From assembly GCF_009914755.1 (NCBI RefSeq), contig NC_060931.1: 64,000 bases of DNA. One strand, given 5' to 3'. Below the pieces are notes generated by a model. It saw only the letters and a program-made list of their open reading frames with translations. It was not told the origin of the DNA and searched no databases. The position numbers were made by a program, and so were the translations under genes. Position 1 is the first letter of the stretch. Each line of letters opens with the position of its first letter. Source of the stretch: the human T2T-CHM13v2.0 reference genome, Homo sapiens. Positions 1 through 15,342 of this stretch are shown piece after piece.

Positions 1-39
1 CTAATACGATATCTATCTATCTGTTATTTTGTGTGTGCA

Positions 40-106
40 TATAAAATATATATAATATTATATGTGTGTGCGTGTGTGTGTATATATATATATATATGTA
101 TGTATA
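40..106. repeat. Compound (TA)n/(TG)n microsatellite
   Basis: tatatata...tgtgtgtgcgtgtgtgtgtatatatatatatatatg. Confidence 0.9.
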
Positions 107-129
107 TTCTAGAGGAAGAGAGAGAGTGA

Positions 130-487
130 GATTTATTTTAAGGAATGGGCTGCCATGATTATGGAGGCTGGCAAGTCCAAAATCTGCAGGGTGGGGGCTG
201 GCAGGCTGGAGACCCAGGAGAGCCACTGTTTCAGTTCAAGTGCAAAGTTCATGTGCTGGCAGAATTCCTTCTTGCCTGGAAGAGGTCAGTCTTTTGTTCT
301 ATTTAGGCCTCCAATTGATTGGTTGAGGACCATCCACATTAGGTAGAGTCATCTGCTTTACTCAAAGTCCAATGATTTAAATGTTAATCTCATCCAAAAA
401 CACCCTCACAGAAACATCCAGAGTAATGTTTGACCAAATATCTTAGTCTCATGACCCAGCCAAGTTGACACGTAAAATTTAACCATC
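130..487 (-). mobile_element. MLT2-family (ERVL) LTR
   Basis: Ends gccaagttgacacgtaaaatttaaccatc, the reverse complement of the MLT2 5' end; ggctggcaagtccaaaatctgcagg motif. Confidence 0.75.
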
Positions 488-2439
488 TTACCTAACCAAA
501 CCAATGCAATGATGATTCAAATCAAATTTAACAACAAATTCCAAACTAGAGTGACCTGCTCCCCTTTGGATTGTCTCTTTGAAAGGGAGAGGCCATGAAT
601 GTCCTTCCATCAGGGATGAGGGTCTTTGCTCCCTACATTGCCTCCTGTAGTCACTGGCAATGATATCAGTGAATCTAAACTCCCATGAGTGGGTCATAAT
701 GAATACTAGACTGATATTAGATTTTATCCTAGCTATCTGAAATAGGAATGACTGGTCTCCCTTGCCCCCAGAACTTTTAGACAGTTGGTTGAGCCCGGGA
801 CCCTGGGGACATGGGTGAGATCAATATGGCAGACTTGCTGCACTGTATTGCTTGAAGTCCTGTCAATAGCAGCCTTAATTTTAAATGTGATAGGAATCAA
901 ATTAAACAGATTTGGTCCCTTTGTTGGTCAGACTAATCAGAGCAGCTGATGAGGTAGCATACTCATGGGAAAATGTGAATTTGGCCAAGGATCTGTCAGG
1001 CCTTGTGGTGGATTTTTGTGACAGGCAATTTGCCACAGGCTCTGATTGTCTCTGCATGCTCTTGCTGGGGATGACAAGAATGCAAGGTCCTGACTGTTCC
1101 TTGCTTGGGATATTTCTCAGGGTTGTGTTTGCAGTAGACAGCCTTGACAAAGCAATATCCCCCTGCCCCAGACAAAGGGCAGACTTGCTCACCACTTACT
1201 ATTAAATTGTATGTTCCCAAGCTCAGTGTTCCTTAGCTGCAGTACAAACACACTGCGTGTACAGTAACCACCTGGGCCCCTCCACATCACCCCTGGGGGA
1301 CTTGGGGACAAGGAAAACCAATGCTAACTAACACAAACCTCGTGCAACTTGTTCTGCCATGAGTAGTGTAGTCCTTTGTCTCTGATCCAGTCTCATGTCA
1401 TCTGCCAGCATCCATGAAACCATAACAGGCTTACTAGCTTGTAAGATGGGCAAAATTCCCGACTTTCACAGATTCCAACACACATGACCCAAGTAGGGCC
1501 AATCAGGGATTCTTCCCAAAGATACTTCCTCAAGAGCACTTCCCCAGAGTTCTTTCCCACTGATAGATGGGTGATGGGAAAATGCCATCCATTTTATCTC
1601 TCTCTCCTTCTTCCCTTTATTAGTTTATATACAAGTTGTTGGAGGTTAGCTTTACAATTTGGTCTTTTGGTAACAGAATATTTAGAGGGACTGTGATCAA
1701 ATTCGAGTAATGAATATAGCCAGAGATAGATAAAATTGTTGTTGGCACGAGTATCTTCTCATTTGGGAGAAAGGGTAGGAATATTTTCCCTGGTAAGAAG
1801 GATAGCTGTATTTTGTTCGTTGTCATATAGAAGTTCAGGTATGTGTAGGAGGGTGCATATGGAAACTGAGTAGCCAAAGGGGTGGGCTGTGACAGTTATC
1901 ACTTTAGAGCCTCTGAATTCCAAATCCACTCTTCGTTATCCTCCTTTGTGATACTGGAGATGAATCCTGTAAACATTTCTTTGCCTGCTAGCACGATATT
2001 AAGTGCTGTCAATGGAGGGCTCTGGAGAGACACTGCAGGAAGAAGAGGCTACCTTCCTTTCCTCTTGCTCCTGCTCTTGACTGGTGCATGGGGCACCCAG
2101 GGATGCTCCTCCTGGTGATTTCCTGAGGAGTTCTGCTAGCACCTCAGTCAGCTCTCCAGCAAATTCAACAGCAACCCCACAGGCAGGTTTTCACCAAACG
2201 CTGCTGAAGCCCCGGATGGTGGCATAGTGTGTCTCATAAATGCTCCAGCAGTTGGCTCCCCGGAGTTTCAGTAACATACCACGGGTGAAGTCCTAGTGAA
2301 TGCCTGCACCTCAGAGGGCAGCTTCTCAGTGAGTGTTGTCAGCCCCCACCCTGCTGCCCCCACCGGTGCATGGGTTTCTTGCATGCCAGCCCGGCCTCAA
2401 GCACTACAACAAACTTCTCTGCCATCCTGCGGGCTCTAG

Positions 2440-3570
<1,131 letters not shown>

Positions 3571-5063
3571 TTCTGTAACCTTTAGACTTCTTTTTATCCC
3601 TTAGTGGCTAACCCTCTATTATTAGTTCATGATTATTTATATTACACTTTCCCTGTTGACATTGTATAGCTCCTCTCTCCTGCCTGATACATCTGTCTTA
3701 GGAAACTGCCTTTCCATCCTTGTGACTGATGGGGCCAATCATGGAACCTCATTTCCCTCACCATATATTGTATTGGCCCATCACTCTGATAATAGTGCTG
3801 TGTGCCAGGGTAGGTACACAACCAACCAAAAGCAATCCCATGCCTTCCCCAGGATGGAAAGATGAGTACTGGGAAAAGGCTTTTCACTGGGATTGCCACA
3901 CTGGGGTTCTTGAGGCCACATTCTTAGATACGTATAGGGGCTCATCTTGTGGTGGGAGAAATTGAGGCCAACAGGCAAAGAGCAATACAGATGAAAGTGA
4001 AAAATGGAGAGGTTTCTCATATACCTGGAGAAAGTGCAGCACGAGAAGAAGGTTAAAATTTAAGGAAGTGAGAGCACAAATAAGAGAGTGAGAAAGAGCA
4101 GCTGGATGTACAGAGGACACATCAGGAGATAGCGGATCATGATACCATGAAAATCAGACTGTCAAGGCAGCATTTTCTAAAAGAAGGGATGAGTAAAAGT
4201 AGGCTGGAAAATGCCACTGGCTTGGGCACTAGGTTGTGGTTGACCTTGGTGACAGCAGAGGCAGCAGAGGCCCGGCATGGCCTGGCCTCGGTGCCTCTCC
4301 ATGGCCATCTCCGGCACCCTGGAGATGCCATCCTCTGGCCATACTTGCCATTTCACGGAGCTGCCACAGCTCTCAAGCTTCTCCATTTTCCTTGACCCAT
4401 CCCAGTTTGTCCTCTTGACCAACTCTGACTGATTCTCCAAAATTCAGCTCAACCTTAGGTCTCCAGGTCAGTTTCTCCCAAAGAGGAGGAGATGCTCCCC
4501 ACCCAGCCCTTTGTGTGTCCCTTCCTTTGAAGACGTGTGATTACACTGTTTACTGTAAATGTCTGCCTCCTCCTCCAGTCTATGAGCTCCTTAAAAACAA
4601 GGACTTAGCCTTTTGCATCTTTGTATTCCAAGCACTCAGCCCAGGGCCTGGCTCTGAAATGAGCTCAGTGCATATTAATGGATCAATGCCTGGAGGGACA
4701 CACCCGCTGATCTGATCCTTTTTTAGAAAAACACGATCTGGTTGCCATGGCGCTGAAAGAGCGCTTTCTATACCTGCTGTTTTCAGGATGAGCAAATCAC
4801 TTTCAGCTGACCACACTGTGGCATCTGGCCAGCAGGATCTGCAGAATCCAGCAGGATGGATGCTGAGCCAACTCTGAGATGGAAGAGACACTTTTCCTCC
4901 TTCCGAGCAGGTAAACTATTGAGTAACATCAAAGAATTTCATTTTTTCTACCCCTGGAAGATTTAAAGGGCTCCTCTTTTGTCAATATCCCCCTAGCTCT
5001 CCTGCCAGTTTTCTCTCACCTCCTGTACAGTTTTTCTGTCTCCTTATCTGCTGCTACTCTAAG

Positions 5064-5270
5064 ACAGGGCTTTAGCCTATAGGCCAAATCTGGCCCACCA
5101 CCTGTTTTTGCAAATAAAGTTTTATTGGAAGACAGCCATACCCATTTGTTTACATATTGTCTATGGCTGCTTATACTCTACAATGGTAGAGCTGTGGCAG
5201 AGATTGCATGCCTGCAAAACTGAACATATTTACTATCTGGCCCCTTGCAAAAAATAAAAAGTTTTCTGAC
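5064..5270. mobile_element. MER58A-like hAT MITE
   Basis: ggccaaatctggcccaccacctgtttttgcaaataaagttttattggaa...tttactatctggccc. Confidence 0.75.
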
Positions 5271-5468
5271 GGTATACTAGAGAATGAGCTTCAGCTGATA
5301 AGAGATGATAAGGAAATAGTGCAACTCAAAAATGGGACAAGGGAAATAGAGAAAAACGGAATATGCCCCTAGATTGTTGTATGAGCAATGGATGGGAGAT
5401 GAAGAATACTGCAGTATTTATAAACCAGATAGTAAAAGCTTAAACAAGAAAATAAGAGTAAGAGCCAA

Positions 5469-5727
5469 GGGAGGCTGAGGTGAGAGGATTGCTTGTGCGC
5501 TGGATCGCCTGACTGAGACCATCCTGGGCAACACAGGGAGACACCATTTCTACAAAAAATACAAAAAAATTAGCTTGTTGTGGTGGCACATGACTGTAGT
5601 CCCAGCTACTCAGGTGGCTGAGGTGGGAGGACTTACTGAGCCCAGGAGGCCAAGGCTTTGATGAGCCAGGATCATGCCATTATACTCCAGCCTGGGCAAA
5701 GAGCAAGACCCTGTCTTAAAAAAAAAA
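5469..5727 (+). mobile_element. AluJ-type element
   Basis: Diverged Alu with an A tail. Confidence 0.85.
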
Positions 5728-6759
5728 TTAAGAGCATTTTAAAAAGTGTACATATAAAATAACCACTGGAATAAAATTACAAACCTTTATAAATATAATT
5801 TTTAAAGTAAAAAAAAATACATTGCATGGCAATACAATTGCCATGCAGATACATGCAATACAATTGCATAGCAGATACAATACATGATCAATATAAAGTA
5901 ATGTGGCAGAATGGAGACCCAATATATCAGTTGTATCAGTAAATATGAGAGGACTCATAAAAAGAAAACATTTTTAATTTGACTCATCCTCATCAGCCTT
6001 CTTGGCTAGAACTCCCCATTCTCTCTTGAACCCATCCAGTCAGGCTCCAGTTCTCACCACCCCCACAGAAACAACTCTTATCAAGATAACCAATGGCTTT
6101 CAAAGTTTCTATTGCTCTCTTCCCAGTCCTTATTTTTCCAAGTCTCGCAGCAGCAGTTGACAAAGGTGATCCTGTTCTCCCCATCAAAAACTGTTTCTTT
6201 ACTAATTTCTGGGATAGCACCTCTCCTGGTACAGGGGAAGGAAGGAAGACTTCCTTCCCAGAGACTTCTCAGAGTTTTTTACTGGATTCTTCTCCTCTTC
6301 CTGATCTAATCGAAGGTTGGATTCTCCCAGGTCTCCTTCCATGGACCTCTTCTCTTTCCTCTCTTCACTTTTTCTCATAGTATCTTCCATCATTCCCTTG
6401 GCTTTCATGGACAGGGTGATGATCTCCAGATTTGTATCCCAGACCCTGAGGTCTTCCCTGAGCTTTAGACTCACAGACCCAACTGTCTACTCAGCTTGGC
6501 ATCAGCATCCATCCTGCTGGATTCTGCAGATCCTGCTGCCCAGATGCCACAGTGTGGTCTGTTTGGGTACAGACTAGCCATCTCAAACCTAATGTATTCA
6601 AAGCTAAATTACTGATTTGTCGTTCCTGGTTTGTTTCCTCTACAGTCTTCCCCATCTCAGGAAGCAGCAGCACCATTCACCTCGTTGCTTGGTTGAACAG
6701 GGGGAGTCTTCCTTGACCCCTCTCTCTCAGATAATTTCTCAGTAAGTCCTGTTGGCTCT

Positions 6760-7048
6760 GGCCTAGCACAGTGGCTCAGGCCTGTAATTCCAATGCTTTG
6801 GAAGGCCAGGGCAGGCAGAAGGCTTGAGCCCAGAAGTTCAAGACCAGCCTGGGTAACATGGTGAGACCCATATCTCCATAAATACAAAAATTAGCTGGGT
6901 GTGGTGGCATGCACCCATAGTCCCAGCTGCTTGGGAGGCTGAGAGGTGGGAGGATACCTTGATCCAGGAGGTCAAGGCTGCAGTGAGCCATGATTGCACC
7001 AGTGCACTACAGCCTGGGCAACAAGCGAGACCCAGTCTAAAAAAAAAA
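6760..7048 (+). mobile_element. AluJ-type element
   Basis: TSD aagtcctgtt(g/a)gctct on both sides. Confidence 0.9.
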
Positions 7049-7544
7049 GTCCTGTTAGCTCTAACTTGATCACTCTCTAATCTGCCCCACCAAGATCTCT
7101 GAGGGCCGAGCCACCCTCCTGTCTGGTCTGGGCTACTCCTGTAGCCTCCTAACTGGCTGCCCCTCACCTCTACTTCTGCCCCCTGCTTTTTTCCTCCACA
7201 CTTCAGCCAACGGGATGATTCTAAAATGCGGGTCAGATCACACCACCCCTCCTCAAAACCCTCCAACTGCTTCCCATCCACACTTACAGGAAAATCTAAA
7301 GAACTCAATGTGACTTACACAGCCCTGTATGTTCTGGCCCCTGCCTCTCTCTCCAGCCTCATTTCCTACTTTTCCCTCTCCTTCACCACATTCCAGAGGC
7401 CCTGGCTTCTTTCCTGTTTCCAGGACACGCCAAACACAGTCCTGCCTCAGGGCAGTTTGCTGTCTGGAAGAGGCTTGCCCAGGCCTCAGTAAGGTTCTAT
7501 GCTCACTGCATTCAGCTCTCTGCTCTTCTGAGGGGTCCTCATGA

Positions 7545-8370
<826 letters not shown>

Positions 8371-8577
8371 TGAATGAATGAATGAATGGAGACATGGTCC
8401 TATTTTGGCCTGTGATTCAATGTTTCCAAATTCCTGACAGATTTTAATCTTTGGGAATTAGGAATGAGAAACCAAAATGTATAGGCAGTCCAGGGAATTT
8501 CTGAACTCCTAAGTTAGGTACAGGTTGCCTCATATATGTTCATTTCTTTAAAAAATGAAACTATTTTGTCTGCTTTA

Positions 8578-8943
<366 letters not shown>

Positions 8944-10265
8944 TTATCAGATTGTATTAGAATAACAACATTGGGATCTTCTAGCAAGATTAACTACTAC
9001 ATGGAATTATGTGTCAAAATTGCCAATTTAAGGACTTATTTTGCCTTCAAAACTTGTTATTTCTGGAACATCACTCATAGGATTTGTATAAAGTATAATG
9101 TGCATACAGACTTATTAGTATTTATTTGATTTGCCAGAAAACTCACTGTTAGAAGCAGTCATGCCAGGAACACACTCATAACGTGCAGCAGCTACAGGCC
9201 AGGCTGGCTGATGAGAGGCTGAAAGCGTCTCCTCTGTGCCCTTCCGGGAGTGGTTCCCAGAAATGTCGGTCTTAGCCTCTGACCCAGTGTCAGCGTGCTG
9301 TTCTCTTGCTCCTCCCCGATGTCAGTGGATTCATTTTTATCAAAAATGTCTTGATGTTTATTGTTAAGCTTGAATTCCCACACAATTTTAGCACTTCCCC
9401 CATTTTCTTGGTGTCTCAAGTGATTTTTCTTGGGACTCAGAGTTCAGAGAAACATGCATTTCCAGAAAAAAGCTGGGAAGGGACTCTAAAGCACTTTCAC
9501 CTTGGTTTCTGGAAACAGGCACATTGCAAGCTACAGTTTAGGACCTGATGCCACTTTGAAGGTGTGTCAGCTGGACACAGAAAACGAGGTTACGGAAACA
9601 ATGGTCCCAGCACAGCTCACTCTCCACCACGCTGCGCTCTCTCTCCTTAGTCTTGTGGGGCTGGAGGCACAGTGGCTTAGAAGTGGGGTGACCTGGTTGT
9701 GATCAAAAGGCTCCTCCCTCTGTTCACCATCCATGGAAAATGTGCCTCATCTTGCACCACACACCAGTGGAAAAGGGAATTTTAGGAAAACTAGGACAAA
9801 CAAGAGTTGAATAGTTAGAGCAGAGCCTCTAGTATGGGAAGAACAGTGCTTAAAAATTACAGAAATTGCAAAGTATAAAATAAATAGAACACACTATAGG
9901 AAATGTAAAACTCTCATGCATCGTTTTCTAAAGAACAGTATCAAAAAGCAAACAATATGACTTCCTTGTTAGAAAACAATTTGGAAAAATGGGTCTTTTT
10001 TGCATTTTTGATACAATTTGCTTCAGTAATGCCACTGATCGCAATTTATTCTAAGGACGTGATTCTAAATGCACAAAAGGAGATTTATACATATGGATGT
10101 TGATTCAACTCTTCCCTCTCTCCACCCAGAGCAACCAGGCATGAGCTCATCCTCAAAGCTGGGCACACGGGGCCACTGTCCCAGGATGCTGGGTGCTTGG
10201 CCCTGTAAAGGATGAGGAAAGGAACAGCTTTTCATTGCAGACAGTGGGGTCCGATAAGGCTGTTC

Positions 10266-10283
10266 TGGCCACTAGATGGTGGT
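10266..10283 (+). promoter_or_regulatory. Candidate CTCF site TGGCCACTAGATGGTGGT
   Basis: Close match to the CTCF core CCASYAGRKGGCR. Confidence 0.5.
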
Positions 10284-10321
10284 TGTGTTTATCGAAGACT
10301 ACTGGATGCCTGCCAAATATC

Positions 10322-10667
10322 TGTGTTAGTCCATTTTCACACTGCTATAAAGAAATACCCAAGACTGGGTCATTTATAAAAGAAAGAGGTTTCATTGACT
10401 CACAGTTCCGCATGGCTGGGGAGGCCTCCGGAAACTTACAATTATAAGGTCATGCTTTGGCAGGAGAAAGAGAAGCAAGTACCTTCTTCACAAGGAAGCA
10501 GGAAAGAGAGAGGGTGCACAAAGGGGAAAGAGCCCCTTATAAAACCATCAGATCTCGTGAGAAACCCCTCACTATTATGAGAACAGCATGGGGCAAACTG
10601 CCCCCAAGATCCAATCACCTCCCACCAAGCCCCTCCCTTGACACGTGGGGATTACAATTGAGATATT
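10322..10667 (-). mobile_element. MaLR LTR (THE1D/MSTA-like)
   Basis: tgtgttagtccattttcacactgctataaagaaatacccaagactggg...gggattacaattgagat. Confidence 0.85.
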
Positions 10668-11300
10668 GAGCTTGGAACGCAGGAGGCGATGCTTCTGCCC
10701 TCTTGACTCTGGTTAGAATGTGCATCAGGTGAATCCTGTTTAGTCCTGGTTGCTGAACCACAGAGGGAGTTGAACATACTGGAGCTTATCCAGGCAATAT
10801 GACCGTCAGGAAACTGCATCACTGAGGAAGTTCTGAGGGAGTTGGAACTAGACAGTTTAAAGCGACGGCCGGACAAGCTAGTGTCTCCTAGGAGCCAATA
10901 GCAGAGGGGTTCTGTATGGCCCTGGAGTGCAGAGCAAGTATCGGTGAACCGAAGTTACAGGGAGGCAGATGTTTGTCTAAGACAAAGAATCTTCTCGGGG
11001 TCAGAGCTGTCCGTGTGGACCGGAAGCCTGGGGAGGGAGTGAACAGCACAACCTGAGAGAAGTTTGAGAGGAGGCTGAGGAGTTCCTCTGCTCCCCCAGG
11101 AAGTGTGGAGCAGAAACCACATCTCAGATGCCCGCAGGAGCCAGGTGAGTCATCAGGAGGAGTGGTACAGCTACAGGCACACACATTAGAAATTAAAACC
11201 AACAGCAGCATCAATAAATACTGTGCAGTCCAAGCAAAACCTGCTGTGGAGGTGGGATTCAGTGACGCCCAAACTCTGCCGTGGAAAGTGGACGGGGGAG

Positions 11301-11721
11301 TGTATTGGTTTCTTGGGGCTGCCGTAAGAAACAACCACAACTGGGGGGCCTAAACCACAGAAACTCACCGACTCACCGTTCTGGAGGCTGGAAGACCAAG
11401 ATCAAAGTGTTGGCCGAGCCATGCTCCTGCTGAAGCCGCTGGGGGAGGCTCCGTGTAGTTTCTGGGAGCCCCAGGCATTTGTGGCGTGTGGCAGCATCTC
11501 TCCGATCTCTGCCTCCATCTTCACACGGCGGTCTCTGCTCTGTGTGTGTCCAGATTTCCCTCTTCTTAATAAGGACGCTTGTCCCACTGGGTTCAGAGTC
11601 CACCCTACTCCAGCATGAGCTCATCTTCATTTAATTAAATGCATCTGCAATGACCTTTCCTGAATTAGGTCATACCCTGGGGTGACTTTCTCTTTTTGGG
11701 GGACACAATTCAGTTCCTAAC
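11301..11721 (-). mobile_element. MLT1-family MaLR LTR
   Basis: tgtattggtttcttggggctgccgtaagaaacaaccacaa...ggggacacaattcagttcctaaca. Confidence 0.8.
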
Positions 11722-12110
11722 AGGGAGTCTGAAGTCCACCCTGCTGGACACTTGTCAGCCTGGAACAACACCTCGCTTTGGAGGGGCTTTTGGCTTATGC
11801 GTGGGTTTTTGCCTGTCTCATATTCCTTGCTTGAGTAAGCTTCCTCCTTCCCACCAAACTGCGAGGTCCCAGCACCATTTAGTGGCTGAACCACCTTCTC
11901 TCTGCAGAAGAGGAATAGGGCATCTGGGATGCCGTAAGTAAGAGCTGAGAGGGGCTTGGAGGACCTCTCTGAGGTCCCTCTCCGGGGGCGGGACCTCTTC
12001 TGCTTGGAACCCTCTGGCTCAGAGGCAGGCACTGAAGGCTTCTGGAGGCAGAACCTGTGCATAGCTCCCACACAGCCCTGGCCTTGCTCAGCTGTTGATT
12101 TGTGGGTAGC

Positions 12111-12128
12111 TGCTGCCCTCTGCTGGAC
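12111..12128 (-). promoter_or_regulatory. Candidate CTCF site GTCCAGCAGAGGGCAGCA
   Basis: Reverse complement matches the CTCF core CCAGCAGAGGGCAG. Confidence 0.6.
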
Positions 12129-12147
12129 AGAGTGAAACGTGCTCTCC

Positions 12148-12266
12148 TTCCATTTCCTAGGACTCTTGTCTCCCTATCACAAGTTCCATTTCCTTCCTAG
12201 GACTCTTGTCTCCCTATCACCAGTTCCATTTCCTTCCTAGGACTCCTGTCTCCCTATCACAAGTTC
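12148..12266. repeat. 40-bp minisatellite, about 3 copies
   Basis: gactc(t/c)tgtctccctatcac(a/c)agttccatttccttcctag recurring at 12161, 12201 and 12241. Confidence 0.95.
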
Positions 12267-12841
12267 ACAAACTCACAGAGCAGAAAAGGGCCAGAAGGTC
12301 GGCAGGCCCAGCCCCATTATTCAGAGGCGGATACTGAGGCCAGAGAGGGGAAAGGCCTTGTTTAAGGTCACACAGATAGTTAGAGTAGGAGCTGGGACTA
12401 GAAATGGGTGGCCCTCCCTCAGCAGGGTCTGGAGGTGTGGGGTCCTGGAGGAGAAAGAGAAGGCACCTTACTCCTAGTAGAGACACCAGAAGGCTGGTGG
12501 GCAGTGTAACCAGGACCACCAGGTCAGCCCACCCACGTAGGAAAATCCCCTATCAGGCTGTGTGAGTGATCCCAGCTTTGCCTAACTCCACAATCCTAAA
12601 AAGTCACCTATAAACAGAATCTTTGTCAGTCAGATTATTTTCCCCTCTACCACCTTCTGTGTCCCAGATGCAGTTTTTGTGGCTGTTACCAATTTCATCA
12701 TACAAGGCCCAGGGAGAGTATAGTAGGGCAAGCGCATTGCTCTAACAAATAGACCCCAAATGTATAATAACTCAAAGAAAAGGGAAGTTTACTTTTTGCT
12801 CGTTAATAGTTCAGTGAGCCTAGCAGAAAAGGGAGGGGAAT

Positions 12842-13172
<331 letters not shown>

Positions 13173-13609
13173 TTATCAGATTTGGTTTCTAAATTTGGTG
13201 GATGTGGAGACAGAGCTGTGATCATCTTTGGTGCCCTATTAATTCCAGACTCTTTAAGTAGATAGCATATGAGAGCAGAGTTCACCTTTTCCACCCAAAG
13301 AATGTTACACCTCTCCAGGATGGTGCCGCAGGAACCTCCACTCTGTCTAAATACTGAGACATCCTCTGGCTGAGCCTGATCAGAATATGAAATTGAGGCA
13401 GGAAAAAAGTTTGGACCTGAAATTTTCTTTTTATCTTGAAATGGCAAGTGAATTTAGTCTTTGAGCTTTCATTTCCTACTGGGAATTTCATAATGGTACA
13501 TTGTTTCTATTACACTGTAGGGCATCTTATTGTTGGCATTTTATTATTGGGGTATCTTAATTTGTCATTTAATCTCCCTTTGGAACATGGGATGAGCTCT
13601 CTCAGACCA

Positions 13610-14576
13610 TGTTGTTCCTGGTCCAAGCCGAGGGTCAGGCTGCTGATTCTCGCGGCCCAATAACAAGATGCAGTTGAACTGGGAAGGAAGGAAGTTTATT
13701 TTTGTAACCGGGTACAGGGAGAAGGCCTGGAATATATCACCAGACTAACTCAAAATTACAAAGCTTTCCAGGGTTTATATACCTTCTAAGCCATATGTCT
13801 ACATGTAAGTGTGCATTCATCTAAAGACGTAAGTGATTAACTTCTTCTAATCCATAACTAAGGTGTGAAGACCTTCTTCTGGAGCCTCAGTAAATGTATT
13901 GAATCTAGATGGGTCCAAGTGCTGGGGTGATTACCCTTATCACATCTCCTGCTAAATCACGGAGGTTTGAGGAGTTCATTTAGACCTCCAATAAAACTTG
14001 TGTCTTCAGACCCCCAGTAAAAACTTTTCTTTTCTTTTTTTTTTTTTTGAGATGGAGTCTCACTCTGTTGCCCAGGCTGAAGTGCAGTGGTGTGATCCCA
14101 GGTCACTGCAACCTCCGCTTTCTGGGTTCAAGCGATTCTCCTGCCCCAGCCTCCTGAGTAGTTGGGACTACAGGCTCCCGCCACCATGCTTGGCTCATTT
14201 TGGTACTTTTAGTAGAGACAGGAGTTTCACCATGTTGGCCAGGAGGCTGGTCTCAAACTCCTGACCTCAGGTGATCTGCCTGCCTCAGCCTCCCAAAGTG
14301 CTGAGATTATAGGTGTGAGCCACCGTACCCAGCCAATAAAAACTTACTTAATCCTAAATGGGTCTGGTTAAGAATTCCTTCCTCCTCTTGTCATGGTTCA
14401 AGGCACAGGAAAGACTTAGGCAAAAACTTGTGGTGGGCTTTTGTTCTATTCCAGCCTTTGTATAAGGTTACTGGCTCTTTCAACTTTTAATATTTAACTT
14501 AACCACTCAGTCAGCGCTGAAACAGTTGTTACAGAGGCCTGCCTGTTCAGCTGCTAGAGAGACCTAGGATGCCACA
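13610..14576 (-). mobile_element. MER50-like ERV1 LTR with an antisense Alu inserted at ~14024-14334
   Basis: Reverse complement begins TGTGGCA...GCAGGCCTCTGTAACAACTGTTTCAGCGCTGACTGAGTGGTTAAGTTAAATATTAAAAG. Confidence 0.75.
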
Positions 14577-15109
14577 GTGTGGATGGGTAGAATTTGGGAT
14601 GGGAAGTAGACTAAGGAGGGAATTTTCAGCCAAGGGTACAGTGTCCTTGGAGAGAATTTGATGTATACATTTTAACTGTTCCAGCCTCAACTGATGCTTG
14701 GTTCATCTCCCAGGACTCTGCTTTCCCCACAGTCCTCTCCAATGGGTGATCCTTCATCCCTGGGCTGCTCTAGACCACAACCTCTGTGTCTTGGGTAAAA
14801 CCTTGCTCCACTGAAGTTCTTGGCACTTCCAGTCTAGTCAGTGCCCACCATCTGCCAACCTCCTACTGTCTGCCTTCATCAGTGAAGACCGTAATCATAG
14901 GCTCTCAGCTTCCTTCCCACTCAGAAGCCTCCCGTGACCCTGGATGACATCAACACATTCCCATGAAGGGCCGTACTAACACCCAAGCCTACCCTATTGC
15001 TTCAGTCTCTTGACCTACAATCATCCCCATCTCCACCCACATTAATGACAATTCTCATGGCAAATAATGACAATTTGTCATTATTCAGAAATGTACCGTT
15101 TCTGAGATA

Positions 15110-15342
15110 TAGGTTTATTATCCCTAATCTGAAAATCTGAAATTTGAAATGCTCTAAAATCCAAAACCTTTTGAGCACCATTGTGATGCTCAAAGGAAAC
15201 AATCATTGGAGAATTTTGGATTTCACGTTTTCAGATTAGGGGTGCTGAACCTGTATAATGCAAATATTCCAAAATCTGAAAACATCTGAAATCTGAAACA
15301 CTTCTGGTCCCAAGCATTTTGGATAAGAAATATGCAACCAGT
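15110..15342. mobile_element. Tigger4a-like DNA transposon MITE
   Basis: Degenerate TIRs (taggtttattatccctaatc / ggataagaaatatgcaaccag) flanked by TA; internal aaatctgaaa repeats. Confidence 0.75.
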
